Translations under genes and position numbers: made by a program | Notes under the pieces: model-generated | What the model was told of the DNA's origin: nothing | The model's input: the letters and a program-made list of their open reading frames with translations, nothing else | The model's database searches: none | Part shown: positions 38,680-49,349 of the stretch, one piece after another | Layout: every line of letters begins with the position of its first letter | How positions within the stretch are numbered: the stretch's first letter is position 1 | Assembly: GCA_041665065.1 (NCBI GenBank) | Contig: JBAYJM010000002.1 | Span: 19,796-83,795, forward strand | Direction: 5' to 3' | Length of the DNA stretch: 64,000 nucleotides | Source: Candidatus Buchananbacteria bacterium | Lineage (GTDB): Bacteria > Patescibacteriota > Patescibacteriia > 2-01-FULL-39-33

Positions 38680-39858
38680 GTATTTTATTGATTTATCTAA
38701 TCTAAAACGTTGTTGTGCCTCCAATAATTCTACTGTAGCTTGTTTTATGGAATTTTTTAATTCTGGATAATAAGTTTGTAATTTTGCATTTAAAGAAAAT
38801 AAATCCATCACATTCGATTGATTGAAATCAATCTTCAATTCATCAAATCCACCTAAAGCCGTATTGCAATATGTCCTAAATTTTTCTCTTCTTCTCCTAC
38901 CTAATGAAGAATAAGATTTACAATCAGCAATTACACGATGAATAACGCGAAGAGCTTCAGTTGTCGCCGTCACGCTATTTTCATTTTTTACTTTAGCTAT
39001 TTTATGAATGTAATCTTTCAATGGCTTGATATGCGGTAAATCAGTAATATTATTAACTCCATTAATAATCATCAATAATCGTTCTACCCCAACGGCTGAA
39101 ATTGACCATGAATGTTGCCACGGTAAAATCTCTTCCAAAATTTCGTCTTTGCTGAAGATAGCCCTATAATCTAATCGTTCAAAGGTTGCAATATCAATTA
39201 GCTTTCCATTATATAAATAATTTATTTCATGACGATAGCCCCACGGTGTATGATTTCCATATATATTTAGAGACAAAAATGTATCTCTAGAATAATCAGC
39301 GATAAATTGATTATCGCCAATGCCGTGTTTTGTCCAATAAGAGATTGATTCATCGGCCGGCAATTCGTAATCTAAAATATATTTCCCTTGGGTAACATTA
39401 GTAACATTTCCGCCACCAAAATAACTTATCCGCAAATTTTTTTTGTCCAACCCAAGCTCATTGAATAAAAGAGAGCAAATTGAATCTATAGAGAATTCCG
39501 ATATTTCTTCTTTCTTATTCTTATCCATTAAGCTAATAGAGCCACCAACATCAGCTAAATCAAAAATCCCAAGATATCGATACGAGTTTTCGTTTTGTTT
39601 AATAATATTTTCAACAAAATCATCATAGCGAATGACTGGCTGTATTTTCGAATAAATAAAATTATGATCAATATCAATATACTGTCCAAATTCATTCAAT
39701 ATTTCATTTTCAGTAAAACTTAAATTAAAATTACCCGGGAATCCATTATTGCAAACATTCGCCGGCGAAACTGTTTTTGTTCCAGGATATTTTTTAGTTT
39801 TTATCAAAATGTTTCTTAATGTTTTAATATCCATATTCTTAATTTTAATATCTCCCAC
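38662..39858 (-). CDS. Hypothetical protein (398 aa)
   Basis: Long ORF lying between two tRNA genes. Its last 6 codons run into the tRNA-like gene. Confidence 0.5.
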   Translation of the reverse strand: MGDIKIKNMDIKTLRNILIKTKKYPGTKTVSPANVCNNGFPGNFNLSFTENEILNEFGQYIDIDHNFIYSKIQPVIRYDDFVENIIKQNENSYRYLGIFDLADVGGSISLMDKNKKEEISEFSIDSICSLLFNELGLDKKNLRISYFGGGNVTNVTQGKYILDYELPADESISYWTKHGIGDNQFIADYSRDTFLSLNIYGNHTPWGYRHEINYLYNGKLIDIATFERLDYRAIFSKDEILEEILPWQHSWSISAVGVERLLMIINGVNNITDLPHIKPLKDYIHKIAKVKNENSVTATTEALRVIHRVIADCKSYSSLGRRRREKFRTYCNTALGGFDELKIDFNQSNVMDLFSLNAKLQTYYPELKNSIKQATVELLEAQQRFRLDKSIKYRGVAQ

Positions 39859-39986
39859 GCCTCAACACCTAAGATGTGAGCTAATTTATTAATATTAGTC
39901 AAAGTCAGATTGACTTCGCCTTTTTCAATCCGACAAATATAACTCTTGTCGACGCCTAATCTATGCAAAAATCGGGCAAATCTCAC
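39816..39986 (-). pseudogene. Truncated XRE-family HTH repressor remnant abutting tRNA-Ser
   Basis: Only helix 2-3 and the C-terminus are present (LGVDKSYICRIEKGEVNLTLTNINKLAHILGVEAWEIL). The N-terminal part is replaced by the tRNA. Confidence 0.35.
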
Positions 39987-39987
39987 T

Positions 39988-40075
39988 TGGCGGAGAGGGA
40001 GGGATTCGAACCCTCGATGCCTTTCGGCACACCGCTTTTCGAGAGCGGCACGTTCAACCACTCTGACACCTCTCC
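39988..40075 (-). tRNA. tRNA-Ser (CGA)
   Basis: Cloverleaf with a long variable arm, anticodon loop CTCGAAA, and an encoded CCA. Confidence 0.85.
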
Positions 40076-40144
40076 ATATTAACTAAGATTAACAAATTTT
40101 TTGCCAAAATAAAACAGCCCCGAATTAACGGGGCTGTTCTACAA

Positions 40145-40480
40145 TTAGAATCGGTTTTTTGAAAAACCGCCTCTGCTTCCACCACTTGCACCGCCACGGT
40201 TTCCACCGAAACCGCCACGGTCAGGGCGCTTTTCCATTGGCCTGGCTTCGTTTACAACGATAGCTCTGCCTTCAATTTCCTTGCCATTGAACTGGTCAAC
40301 AGCAGCTTGAGCTTCTTCGTCAGAAGACATCTCAACAAAAGCAAATCCTTTAGATCGTCCAGACATTCTATCTTTGATGATAGTTGCAGACTGGACTGTG
40401 CCGGCTTGGCTAAAAAGATCTCTAAGATCTTCTTCGCTCATAGCGAAACTTAGATTGCCGACAAATAACTTCAAACCCAT
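40145..40480 (-). CDS. RRM-domain RNA-binding protein with Gly-rich tail
   Basis: RNP-2 LFVGNL and RNP-1 KGFAFVEM. Confidence 0.85.
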   Translation of the reverse strand: MGLKLFVGNLSFAMSEEDLRDLFSQAGTVQSATIIKDRMSGRSKGFAFVEMSSDEEAQAAVDQFNGKEIEGRAIVVNEARPMEKRPDRGGFGGNRGGASGGSRGGFSKNRF

Positions 40481-40618
40481 AGTTTTGTTTTAATACCTTA
40501 ATAAAAATTGCAAGACGACCTTCTCGATTTGCTTTTGTTTTTGGACATTCACTTATCGAGTAACTCTCACAATGTAGTAATTATACAGCAAAATAGGAGA
40601 AATGTCAAGGGCAAATAG

Positions 40619-41197
40619 CTATTTCTGCTCAATATTCAAAAAAACGAGTAAATCTGCCATCCCTTTCTGTCTATCACTCCACCAAATAGTTTGCATGCCT
40701 AACTTCTTAGCTGACTCAACATTTGCCAACTGATCATCCATAAATAGGCATTCTTTTACGTCAACGCCCAATCTTCTGGCACATAATTTGAAAATTTCAG
40801 GGTCGGGTTTTTTTATTCCGACTTCAGCCGAACAAATAAACTCATTAAAATATCCAAAATTAAATTTTTTATTAAAATATGGCAAGGTCAAAGTAGTTCC
40901 ATTATTCATAATCAGAGCCCTTAGCTTAAATTTATCTTTAATCTCAGGCAATAGCTTCCACAAATCAGAATTCTGTTCATACTTATCAACAATTTTTATT
41001 AAAATCTTTTCAAATTCTTTATCTGTCAAATTAAATTTCTCCTGAGCTTCTTTTTTAAAGTCAAAATCGTTAGTTAAATTTCCAACAATAGCATCAACGC
41101 CATCGACGATTGCATCAGGCTGATAATTTTCTTTTTTAAAAGCAAGTACACCCATAAAATCAAAGATAATCGCCCTAATTTTCATTGTATTTTTCAT
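40619..41197 (-). CDS. HAD-superfamily hydrolase
   Basis: Motif I IIFDFMGVL and C-terminal motif LFMDDQLANV. Confidence 0.65.
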   Translation of the reverse strand: MKNTMKIRAIIFDFMGVLAFKKENYQPDAIVDGVDAIVGNLTNDFDFKKEAQEKFNLTDKEFEKILIKIVDKYEQNSDLWKLLPEIKDKFKLRALIMNNGTTLTLPYFNKKFNFGYFNEFICSAEVGIKKPDPEIFKLCARRLGVDVKECLFMDDQLANVESAKKLGMQTIWWSDRQKGMADLLVFLNIEQK

Positions 41198-42453
41198 TTC
41201 TTTTCCAAGCTAAACAGCGACGCATTTATTGTTGCGGCACCGATAATTATCCAAAACAAAACCGACAGATCATTTTTAAAATATGGCACATCAACCAATC
41301 CGTGGACAATAATCTCAATTCCTACGCAGATAAATGTAAACGCCATGATCTTCACCCCCGGATTTTTGATTATTGCCTTAACATTAACCCAAAAATATTT
41401 TATAAAAACCCAGACAAAAGCAAGCATCCCCCACAATCCCAGCTCAGTCCAAAAATTAAACACAATTTGGTGCGGATAAGGAAATGTCTCAAAGGTATTT
41501 AAATGATAAGGATAAATGTGATATTGATAACCGGAAAGTCCTGCGCCAAAAAGCCAGCGATGCTTAAGCATTTTCCAGCTCTCATGCCAGATGATTTTTC
41601 TTATGCCTCCGGAATAATCATTGAGAAAAACTTTTGTCAAAACAAAATCCCTTAGGCCGGCAAAAAAAACTAAAACGAGAACTGCGATCATTGCCAAAGC
41701 GATGGTAAAGTATCTTGTTTTTTTGTAGACAATGCCCATTATAAACCAGCAAACCAAAACCGCAATAATAGCCGCTTCCGATTGGGCTAAAATAATCGCC
41801 GTAAACCCCAAAGCAATGACCAACAGCTTTAAAATGGAAGGCCAATTCCTTTTGCTTCCCGCCACAAGCCAGCCGGTGAATAAAATTATAATTGGCCCGA
41901 CATATAACCCTAAAGCATTAGGATAATTTAAAATTGAAACCACGCGATCTACCCCGCCTGATGGCTTCATAAAAGCCCCTGGAACGCCCCAGCCTGTGAA
42001 TTTTTGAATTATGGCAAATATACTAAGGTAAAAAATAGACACACCCAAAGCCCAAAATAGGCCTTCCAAAGCCTTTCTGGAATGCACCTGTGAGGCTAAA
42101 ATTGCCAAAAATAGCACTGGTTCGATAAAATAAGCCTTCCAGACGCCTAATGCCGGTGCCAGGTTGGGAGCCGTAAAAACGGAAATAGTTGCAAAAACCA
42201 AAACAACAATTATCGGCCAGAAAAAGGTATTGCGATAAATTTTTTTATAGTCAATCCTCTTAGTCAAAAGACAAATTAAAAACAAAATTAGAATCATGGC
42301 CTCCAAAAAGGTAAAAGGAACGCCACCAATATTAAAGCGTAATAGGAAGCTCGGCAACCCAGCCGTAATAATATAGATTCCCCATAAAGGCTTATAATAA
42401 GATATGATTCCAAACGCAATGGCCATCACCGAAAGTAAAACCAAATACCACAT
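41194..42453 (-). CDS. O-antigen ligase/polymerase-like polytopic membrane protein
   Basis: More than 10 TM helices and a periplasmic loop, Wzy_C-like (RWLFGAGLSGYQY). Confidence 0.4.
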   Translation of the reverse strand: MWYLVLLSVMAIAFGIISYYKPLWGIYIITAGLPSFLLRFNIGGVPFTFLEAMILILFLICLLTKRIDYKKIYRNTFFWPIIVVLVFATISVFTAPNLAPALGVWKAYFIEPVLFLAILASQVHSRKALEGLFWALGVSIFYLSIFAIIQKFTGWGVPGAFMKPSGGVDRVVSILNYPNALGLYVGPIIILFTGWLVAGSKRNWPSILKLLVIALGFTAIILAQSEAAIIAVLVCWFIMGIVYKKTRYFTIALAMIAVLVLVFFAGLRDFVLTKVFLNDYSGGIRKIIWHESWKMLKHRWLFGAGLSGYQYHIYPYHLNTFETFPYPHQIVFNFWTELGLWGMLAFVWVFIKYFWVNVKAIIKNPGVKIMAFTFICVGIEIIVHGLVDVPYFKNDLSVLFWIIIGAATINASLFSLEKK

Positions 42454-43908
42454 TTAATTTTTAAATATTATTAATTCTTTTAAAAGGCTCTTATCAACTC
42501 CCCTCATCATAAAGAGAAAAACAAAATAGACAATTAATCCGATAATAATCAGCGCAAAAATATTTAATGGCAACAAGAGCCACAAAACTGCAGCCATAAG
42601 CAAAGCCGCGAGCAAGGATTTTAAAAATACATTCATCTTGAAGCTGATATCTAAGTGCTTTTTCAAAATAAAATAAGCCGGAATTGTAATAAGGAGTTCT
42701 GAAATGACGGTAAGAATGGCAGCGGCCCAAAACGAATACAGCGGAATAAAAATCAAATACATTATCAGAGAAAAAACCGCATCAAAGATATAAAACTTGA
42801 TCATCTTTTTCTGCAATCCGGAAGCAACTATCGCATAACCGAAAAAAGATCCAAAATAAATCACGCCGACGGCTAAAATTAATATTTTTAAAATATCACC
42901 GGATATTAAAAATTCTTTTCCGGCGATAAGCAACATAATTTTGTTGCCCAAAACAACTGATGCCAAAACCATGGGAATGGTAATGATAGCCAGAAAATCA
43001 AAAGTCTTTTGCAGAATCTTTTTAAAAACATCATTATTGGTAATTACAAACTTGGCAAAAATCGGCAGAAGCAAACCGAGAAATAAGTATGGAAATTGCG
43101 TTAATATTTCAATCACCTTATAAGCGGCGCCATAAATCCCAACTTCTGCCTGTGGTCTGACAAAAGACAAGACCAGCGTATCAGCCCTGAAATAAATCAG
43201 AGAGAGTGAAATGGTAATTGCCAACGGCCAAGACATCGTCCAAATATCTTTCCAGATTTTTTTGTCAAAAGAAAAACGGAGCTTAAAATATTTGCTCGAT
43301 TTAATATAAAGATAAATAAAATTGGCAAAACTTCCCAAAACCACCGCCGTCATTATCAATAAAAGCCCCCTTGAGGTCGACACAAAGAACCAAACCCCCA
43401 ACAGAAGAACTGCCCTACCCCAGACATCTCCCCAAGCCACCACCGCCATATCTAAATTTTTCTGAAAAATACTGACAAAAACCGACTGTAGGGCGATAAA
43501 AAAGAATGACAAGCCAGTAATTGTTACGCCCGCTTTTATAATTTCCGGATAGGGCAAGAACCAAACCAACACAACGGAAGCGCCCATAAAAATCAGGGCC
43601 GAAAAAAAGCGCAACGTCAAAATATTATTGAAAATTTTATTTTCATCCGCCCCTGGCCTGGCCAGCATTTGTGATGTTGTCATTTGCAAACCAAAATCAA
43701 TTATGACTCCAAAAAATTGCAAAAAAGTTATTATGGAGGTGTAATAACCGAATCCGGTTTGCCCCAAATAACGCGTCATGAGTCCAACTGTAATCAAGCC
43801 AAAAACTGTACCGACAACTTTGCCGATGATTTGATAAAAAGTGTTTTTGGCTACTTTTAAGGCTAACGACATATCAATTAGGGTATCATTATTGGCGCTT
43901 TTTTTCAA
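42454..43908 (-). CDS. Polysaccharide biosynthesis flippase (Wzx/MOP family)
   Basis: 14-TM Polysacc_synt-like N-terminus (FYQIIGKVVGTVFGLITVGLMTRYLG). Confidence 0.55.
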   Translation of the reverse strand: MKKSANNDTLIDMSLALKVAKNTFYQIIGKVVGTVFGLITVGLMTRYLGQTGFGYYTSIITFLQFFGVIIDFGLQMTTSQMLARPGADENKIFNNILTLRFFSALIFMGASVVLVWFLPYPEIIKAGVTITGLSFFFIALQSVFVSIFQKNLDMAVVAWGDVWGRAVLLLGVWFFVSTSRGLLLIMTAVVLGSFANFIYLYIKSSKYFKLRFSFDKKIWKDIWTMSWPLAITISLSLIYFRADTLVLSFVRPQAEVGIYGAAYKVIEILTQFPYLFLGLLLPIFAKFVITNNDVFKKILQKTFDFLAIITIPMVLASVVLGNKIMLLIAGKEFLISGDILKILILAVGVIYFGSFFGYAIVASGLQKKMIKFYIFDAVFSLIMYLIFIPLYSFWAAAILTVISELLITIPAYFILKKHLDISFKMNVFLKSLLAALLMAAVLWLLLPLNIFALIIIGLIVYFVFLFMMRGVDKSLLKELIIFKN

Positions 43909-43934
43909 TTTAGAGAATTAGGGCCGCATGAAAG

Positions 43935-44879
43935 CTACACGCTGAAAAATCTACCAACCATAAACTCCGTCAGCAAAAAAACAATATAAAAAAATAGCAA
44001 TATTAATCCCTCCCTTTTGCTGATTTTCTTTCCGGTCTTCATAAAATATAAAAGTATGATAGCCGCAACGAGCATAAACGCTCCGGTCACATACACAATT
44101 CGGGGGTTAAAGGCGAATGGGCTTATAATCGCCAGTATGCCCACCACGATTGTGGCATCAGTAATAACCGTTCCCAAAATATCGCCAAGCGCCAATCCGT
44201 CATGATTATCCTTAACGGCCTTTAAAGAAAAAAACAATTCTGGAAGAGTTGTTCCCAAACCGACAAACAACATCGCTACTATTATAGGACTGATTTGCAA
44301 ACCATCGGCAAATAAAACCGCAAACTTCACAGTAAAAGTTGAGGCAACAAGCAGAAGCGCCATACTGGTAAGCAATAATAAAAAATGCTTCCATGAAAAT
44401 CGCCTTTTAGTTTTTTTGGCTTCTTGCTTAGAGGATTTCTGCAGTAAGAAAGCATAAAATGCGACGCCGGACAAGATGAGGGCAATGCCCTCGAATCTTG
44501 AATAATAACCATTCCATCCCAGCACTATGGGCATGGCAAGAATTAATATATAAGTTAGGCTTTTTTTAACGATTTGGCTGTCTACCTTAATATTTCGCGC
44601 CGAAAAAAGAATTATGATAGCGAAGACTAAAGTCAGATCAGCAACATTAGAGCCGAATAATGCTCCGAGACCAAAAGACGGAATGCCCTGCATTGACGAT
44701 GAGATGGCAATAAAGGTTTCCGGAAGAATTGAAATTATCGCGATCAATAAAAAACCAACCACATACCTAGAAATGTGAAGCCCCCTTGCCAATCCGCCCG
44801 AGTGATAAATTGCAAAGTCAGCGCTTTTTATCACAACCAGCAGTGACAACAAAAATAACAAGAGATAAACAACAATCAT
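43935..44879 (-). CDS. CaCA-family cation/Ca2+ antiporter-like membrane protein
   Basis: Alpha-repeat motifs GSNVADLTLV and GLGTTLPELFFS. Confidence 0.45.
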   Translation of the reverse strand: MIVVYLLLFLLSLLVVIKSADFAIYHSGGLARGLHISRYVVGFLLIAIISILPETFIAISSSMQGIPSFGLGALFGSNVADLTLVFAIIILFSARNIKVDSQIVKKSLTYILILAMPIVLGWNGYYSRFEGIALILSGVAFYAFLLQKSSKQEAKKTKRRFSWKHFLLLLTSMALLLVASTFTVKFAVLFADGLQISPIIVAMLFVGLGTTLPELFFSLKAVKDNHDGLALGDILGTVITDATIVVGILAIISPFAFNPRIVYVTGAFMLVAAIILLYFMKTGKKISKREGLILLFFYIVFLLTEFMVGRFFSV

Positions 44880-44880
44880 A

Positions 44881-45876
44881 TTACTGCCACAGTTTCCTTG
44901 CTTCGCTCCAATAACCGTCGTAAGAATTTTTTTCTTTCATCATATACCACCACTCAACTCCCCACAAATAAGTTTCATTAAAACCGGCCTTTTTTGCAAA
45001 TTTAATATTCTCCTTGAATTGATCAATACTCATTGATTCGAAACTGTCCTGCATACTCATGAGTGATAAATTTTCACCCGCTTTGTGCCAGGCCTCGCCC
45101 TGCAATTCAGCCACTATCGTATCATCAATCGGAGTAAATTTTTCAACCGAAACGGATTTCATCCAATAGAAAGAGGCGGGCAAAAACCATTTCCAATAAC
45201 CGAAAGTTTTATTATAGACAACTCGGTAAAGTGTTGTGCCCAAAACGTCCGCTCCGCTATTTGCCGCCGGAAACCATAAACTCAATTCTCCACTATCCGT
45301 AACCAAGATCTTCTTTTGAGAAATAGTTTTAACAAGCGATATCTCTTTCTTAAAAAATTTTTTATCCAACGGAGGACACTGGCCAAAATATTTCAGATAG
45401 GGCTCATTTTCAACCTGCCAGTAGACGATATTTTTATTGCCGTCATATCTCCTAACCACCCGTTCAACATACTCCAATTGCCTAGCCTGAACATCTTCAA
45501 TGTCCATATTTTTAATCCAGTTTGGATCATGACATTCGGGCCATCTTGGCAACCTTCTGCCTACGGCTAAAATTATTTTGACATTCCTTTTGGAGGCTTC
45601 ATTAATCTGCCAGTCCAAATCGGTAAAATCATAATTGCCTTTTGCCGGCTCAATTCCATTCCAATACGCCGATAGTCTGATATGGTCAACTTTTAAATCA
45701 TCCAAAATAGCAATGTAGGTCTTATTCCAATCCAATCCTAATTCATCCTGCGCATATTGCTGGCTAAAAGTAACACCCCAAGCAACCTTTTTGGGTGAAA
45801 AATTTAAAATATAAACAAACGCAATTAAGACCAAAATAACTATCAGGACTATCCACTTGGTAAATTTTTTAAACAT
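44881..45876 (-). CDS. Membrane-anchored glycoside hydrolase, clan GH-A (TIM barrel)
   Basis: N-terminal TM anchor and a WQVENEP acid/base motif. Confidence 0.5.
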   Translation of the reverse strand: MFKKFTKWIVLIVILVLIAFVYILNFSPKKVAWGVTFSQQYAQDELGLDWNKTYIAILDDLKVDHIRLSAYWNGIEPAKGNYDFTDLDWQINEASKRNVKIILAVGRRLPRWPECHDPNWIKNMDIEDVQARQLEYVERVVRRYDGNKNIVYWQVENEPYLKYFGQCPPLDKKFFKKEISLVKTISQKKILVTDSGELSLWFPAANSGADVLGTTLYRVVYNKTFGYWKWFLPASFYWMKSVSVEKFTPIDDTIVAELQGEAWHKAGENLSLMSMQDSFESMSIDQFKENIKFAKKAGFNETYLWGVEWWYMMKEKNSYDGYWSEARKLWQ

Positions 45877-45889
45877 TTTTTAAAGTTAA

Positions 45890-46798
45890 TTAAGAAAAAG
45901 CCAAAAGCACCAAACCTATAATTATGCACATTGTGGCAATTGTTTTTCGCCAAATGATTGCACGCGACATCTTTTCTTTCAAAAGTTTTGGATATTTAAT
46001 TGATAGGGCGCCAATAATCAAAAGCAAGAAAACATACTCCAAACCGCGAGAAGCATTAACAATCGCCACACTCGATGAAATGGCGATGGCATAACTGACT
46101 AAAATAAAGCTCAATGCGCCAGCCCCCTGGCCGACCAAAAACAGCCCCCCTGTTTTTTGTTTTGGTTTTTTAATTTCATTGATAATGTCTTTTAGGTTCT
46201 TTGGCGGAATAAGAAGTAATAGTGCACCAATCGCGGTGCCGATTCTTGTCAAAACAAATCCAGTTATAAACCCATCTTCGATATAGACATATTTCGTTAA
46301 AGTATAGGCAATGGCAAAAAGCAAAGTGGAAATAATGGCATATATATAGCTTTTACGAGAAATGGACTGCTGTTTTTTATTCTTATCATGCTGTCGTGAG
46401 ATTATTATCGTTCCAATAACTATTACAACGAAAGCAATAATAGCCATCGGAGAAAGAAATTCTCCCAGGAAAATCCAAGCCAGAAAAAAAACAAAAATTG
46501 GCTGAAGCCCGCCCATAAACGGAGTGATGCGAGTCGCCTCGTTTCCATTTAAGGCATAAAACATGAATAAATATGCAAAAGTAAACACAATTCCAGTTCC
46601 GAAAGCGATCAAAGTTTGCTCCAAGGATACAAAATGAAAACCAAATGGGATCAAAACTACCCCCAGTAAGCTCAAAACACTGATAAAAAAAGAATAAACA
46701 GCCGGATTCTGCATTTTTTTGGACAACAAAAACTTATCTATCGTGACAGCGCTAGCGTTTAAAAAGTATGCAATTGCAATAACAAACATCCAAAGCAT
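45890..46798 (-). CDS. EamA/DMT-superfamily transporter
   Basis: 10 TM helices in two repeated halves. Confidence 0.5.
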   Translation of the reverse strand: MLWMFVIAIAYFLNASAVTIDKFLLSKKMQNPAVYSFFISVLSLLGVVLIPFGFHFVSLEQTLIAFGTGIVFTFAYLFMFYALNGNEATRITPFMGGLQPIFVFFLAWIFLGEFLSPMAIIAFVVIVIGTIIISRQHDKNKKQQSISRKSYIYAIISTLLFAIAYTLTKYVYIEDGFITGFVLTRIGTAIGALLLLIPPKNLKDIINEIKKPKQKTGGLFLVGQGAGALSFILVSYAIAISSSVAIVNASRGLEYVFLLLIIGALSIKYPKLLKEKMSRAIIWRKTIATMCIIIGLVLLAFS

Positions 46799-46842
46799 AA
46801 GTACTTATATTATAGCAGATTTTAATTATTTATTGTGATTAT

Positions 46843-47523
46843 CTACTTGCTTGCTATTAAAATTATATCCCTTTCAATTCTATCCAAAACAATAACCTTA
46901 GAAAAACCAACTGCCTTGAGTGCTTCTACTGTCTGACTTTCTGCCATCCGATAAACTTCCTGGTAATCCTGTTCTTCATGAGAGATTATGTCCTTTAAGG
47001 TATCGCCGATATATTTTTTATATCGATTTAACTGAATCTCAAGAAGCTTCATTTGCTCTTTTTTATCATCAGGGTAAATTTTATCAATAATTATTAGTTT
47101 GCCATCATTATTTAAATTTTTATAGATGGCTCTAAACAATTCATTTTTATGTTCCCATTTAAAATTATGAATGGTCCAAGAACTAGCAATAATATCGTAT
47201 TTTATTGATTGGTTATTTAAATATTCTAGGGAATCTCGACAAATAAAACTGACCCTTCCTAAATATTGCGATAGAACTTCTTTGGCTACACCTATCATTT
47301 CTATTGAAATATCTAAGGCATCAATGGAAAGATCTTCATTATTTTTTAAGATATATTTAGTGAAGTCACCTTCACCAATACCAATTTCTAAAACTTTGTG
47401 TTTATTTCCTAATAACTTTTTAATTTCAAAAGACGCTTCAATCTTATGAACTAAATTGCTTGGCTCAAGATTGATTATTGCCTGGTTACCAATTCTTAAT
47501 TGGTCATTGTATCTATTTTGCAT
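46843..47523 (-). CDS. Class I SAM-dependent methyltransferase
   Basis: Motif I VLEIGIGEGDFT. Confidence 0.6.
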   Translation of the reverse strand: MQNRYNDQLRIGNQAIINLEPSNLVHKIEASFEIKKLLGNKHKVLEIGIGEGDFTKYILKNNEDLSIDALDISIEMIGVAKEVLSQYLGRVSFICRDSLEYLNNQSIKYDIIASSWTIHNFKWEHKNELFRAIYKNLNNDGKLIIIDKIYPDDKKEQMKLLEIQLNRYKKYIGDTLKDIISHEEQDYQEVYRMAESQTVEALKAVGFSKVIVLDRIERDIILIASK

Positions 47524-47539
47524 AATAATTTAACTTTAA

Positions 47540-48559
47540 TTATCTAATTAACATCCCATCACCGAAACTGTAAAACTTATACTTTTTGTTTACAGCTTCT
47601 TTATACACCTTTTTAATTTTATCTGATCCGGCAAGAGCAGAAACAAGCATTACTAATGAGGATTTTGGCAAATGAAAATTAGTAATCATGCCATCGATAA
47701 ATTTAAATTCATAACCGGGATAAATAAAGATATTTACCCATTTTGAATCTGAAATTAATTTTTTGTGGCTGGCAAATGCCTCAAGTGTTCTAGTTGACGT
47801 TGTGCCGACAGAAATTATTCTTCTACCTTCCGCCTTTGCCTTGTTTAATCTCTCGGCTGTTTTTTTATCAATGATTGCAAACTCGCTATGGATTTTATGT
47901 TCTAGAATATTTTCTGATTTTACCGGCTCAAAAGTCCCCAGTCCGACATGTAAAGTCACATATTCAATTTGCACTCCCATTTTTTTAAGCTGGGACAATA
48001 ATTTTTTGGTAAAATGCAGGCCAGCTGTCGGCGCTGCGACCGAGCCTTCTTTCTTTGCATAAACAGTTTGGTAATCTTCTAGTTTTGACTTATTTTTTAT
48101 ATATGGAGGAAGAGGCGTTTCTCCCAGAGTTAATAATTTTTTATCACTACAATTGAATTTTACTGACTTTATTTTTTCATTTCCAAAACTAACAATTTCC
48201 GCTTCAATTTTGCCAGCCAATTTTATTTTCTGCCCAACTTTTACTTTTCCGCCAATAATACATTGCCAAATATTCTTTCCCTCATTTTTTAACAAAAATA
48301 TTTCCACCTTCCCTCCGGTTTCCTTGGTTCCAAACAATCTTGCTGGTATAACTTTTGAATCATTAAAAACTAAAACGTCCCCCCTTTTCAAAATTTTCGG
48401 CAAATCAAAAAAATGTTTATGCTCTATCCTTCCGGAATCTTTATCCAAAATTAATAACCGCGCATGATCTCGCGGCTTTATTGGTTTTTGTCCGATTAAT
48501 TCCCGTGGCAAAACATAATCAAAATCAGACAGTGGGATTTTTTGCTTTGATTTGTTCAT
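47540..48559 (-). CDS. queA: S-adenosylmethionine:tRNA ribosyltransferase-isomerase
   Basis: LSDFDYVLPRELIGQKP N-terminus, TAGLHFT, and overall QueA length. Confidence 0.85.
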   Translation of the reverse strand: MNKSKQKIPLSDFDYVLPRELIGQKPIKPRDHARLLILDKDSGRIEHKHFFDLPKILKRGDVLVFNDSKVIPARLFGTKETGGKVEIFLLKNEGKNIWQCIIGGKVKVGQKIKLAGKIEAEIVSFGNEKIKSVKFNCSDKKLLTLGETPLPPYIKNKSKLEDYQTVYAKKEGSVAAPTAGLHFTKKLLSQLKKMGVQIEYVTLHVGLGTFEPVKSENILEHKIHSEFAIIDKKTAERLNKAKAEGRRIISVGTTSTRTLEAFASHKKLISDSKWVNIFIYPGYEFKFIDGMITNFHLPKSSLVMLVSALAGSDKIKKVYKEAVNKKYKFYSFGDGMLIR

Positions 48560-49079
48560 CTAAATTTTGAATCATCTTGGCAACCTTATATGGATGAGGT
48601 ATTTGCTGGAATATAAACCGTTCTTTTTCGCCGGCAGTCTGGATGTAGACATCGCCATAGCCTAAAAATGTCGCTAACATCCCCTTCTGTTCAACCGTGA
48701 CGTCCTGGACCCTGAGTAGTTCCAATTCAGAAACAACTCTGTTAAAAAGTCCTTTTTGTTCTCGACTAATGATTCTCTCAGTCGTCAATGTCCAAACATC
48801 AAGATACATATCAGTCCACAAACTAAAACTGAAAAGCAACATTGCCATGTAATACATCAAAATAAGCACCAAAAAAAATGGTCCAATAACAGCTCCGCCG
48901 GCGTAGTTTAAAATATTGATCTGATATACAAAATAAAAATAATAAAACCCAACCAGGGGCAAGATAGAAAGTAAAATATAACCGAAAAAAAGCTTAAAGA
49001 AAATAAACCAATGCCGCCTTAAATGAAAGACTATCTTTTCCTCTGGACGTTTATCAGATAAATTATTTTTGCTAATCAT
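48525..49079 (-). CDS. Membrane protein (hypothetical)
   Basis: Three TM helices. Overlaps queA. Confidence 0.4.
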   Translation of the reverse strand: MISKNNLSDKRPEEKIVFHLRRHWFIFFKLFFGYILLSILPLVGFYYFYFVYQINILNYAGGAVIGPFFLVLILMYYMAMLLFSFSLWTDMYLDVWTLTTERIISREQKGLFNRVVSELELLRVQDVTVEQKGMLATFLGYGDVYIQTAGEKERFIFQQIPHPYKVAKMIQNLDEQIKAKNPTV

Positions 49080-49081
49080 AA

Positions 49082-49342
49082 TTAAAGTATATTTAAGAAA
49101 CCATTTGTCCAGCTATTTTGAAAATTGAAAATCGGAGTCGACCAATCAATTGGCGACAACACACTATAAGCTAGAATTAAAAAAGAAGCGGCTATAATAA
49201 TGTAAACAAGCACGACTAAAATATTTGCAAAGCTCAAAAAGCCGAATCTAAGAAGATGATAAATATTAAAAAGACTATAAACAAAAAATATCAGGACTCC
49301 AGCCAGGAAAATATACAAAAAAATTGAAATTGTTAAGACCAT
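49082..49342 (-). CDS. Small membrane protein (hypothetical)
   Basis: 86 aa with two or three TM helices. Confidence 0.3.
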   Translation of the reverse strand: MVLTISIFLYIFLAGVLIFFVYSLFNIYHLLRFGFLSFANILVVLVYIIIAASFLILAYSVLSPIDWSTPIFNFQNSWTNGFLNIL

Positions 49343-49349
49343 TGTTATT

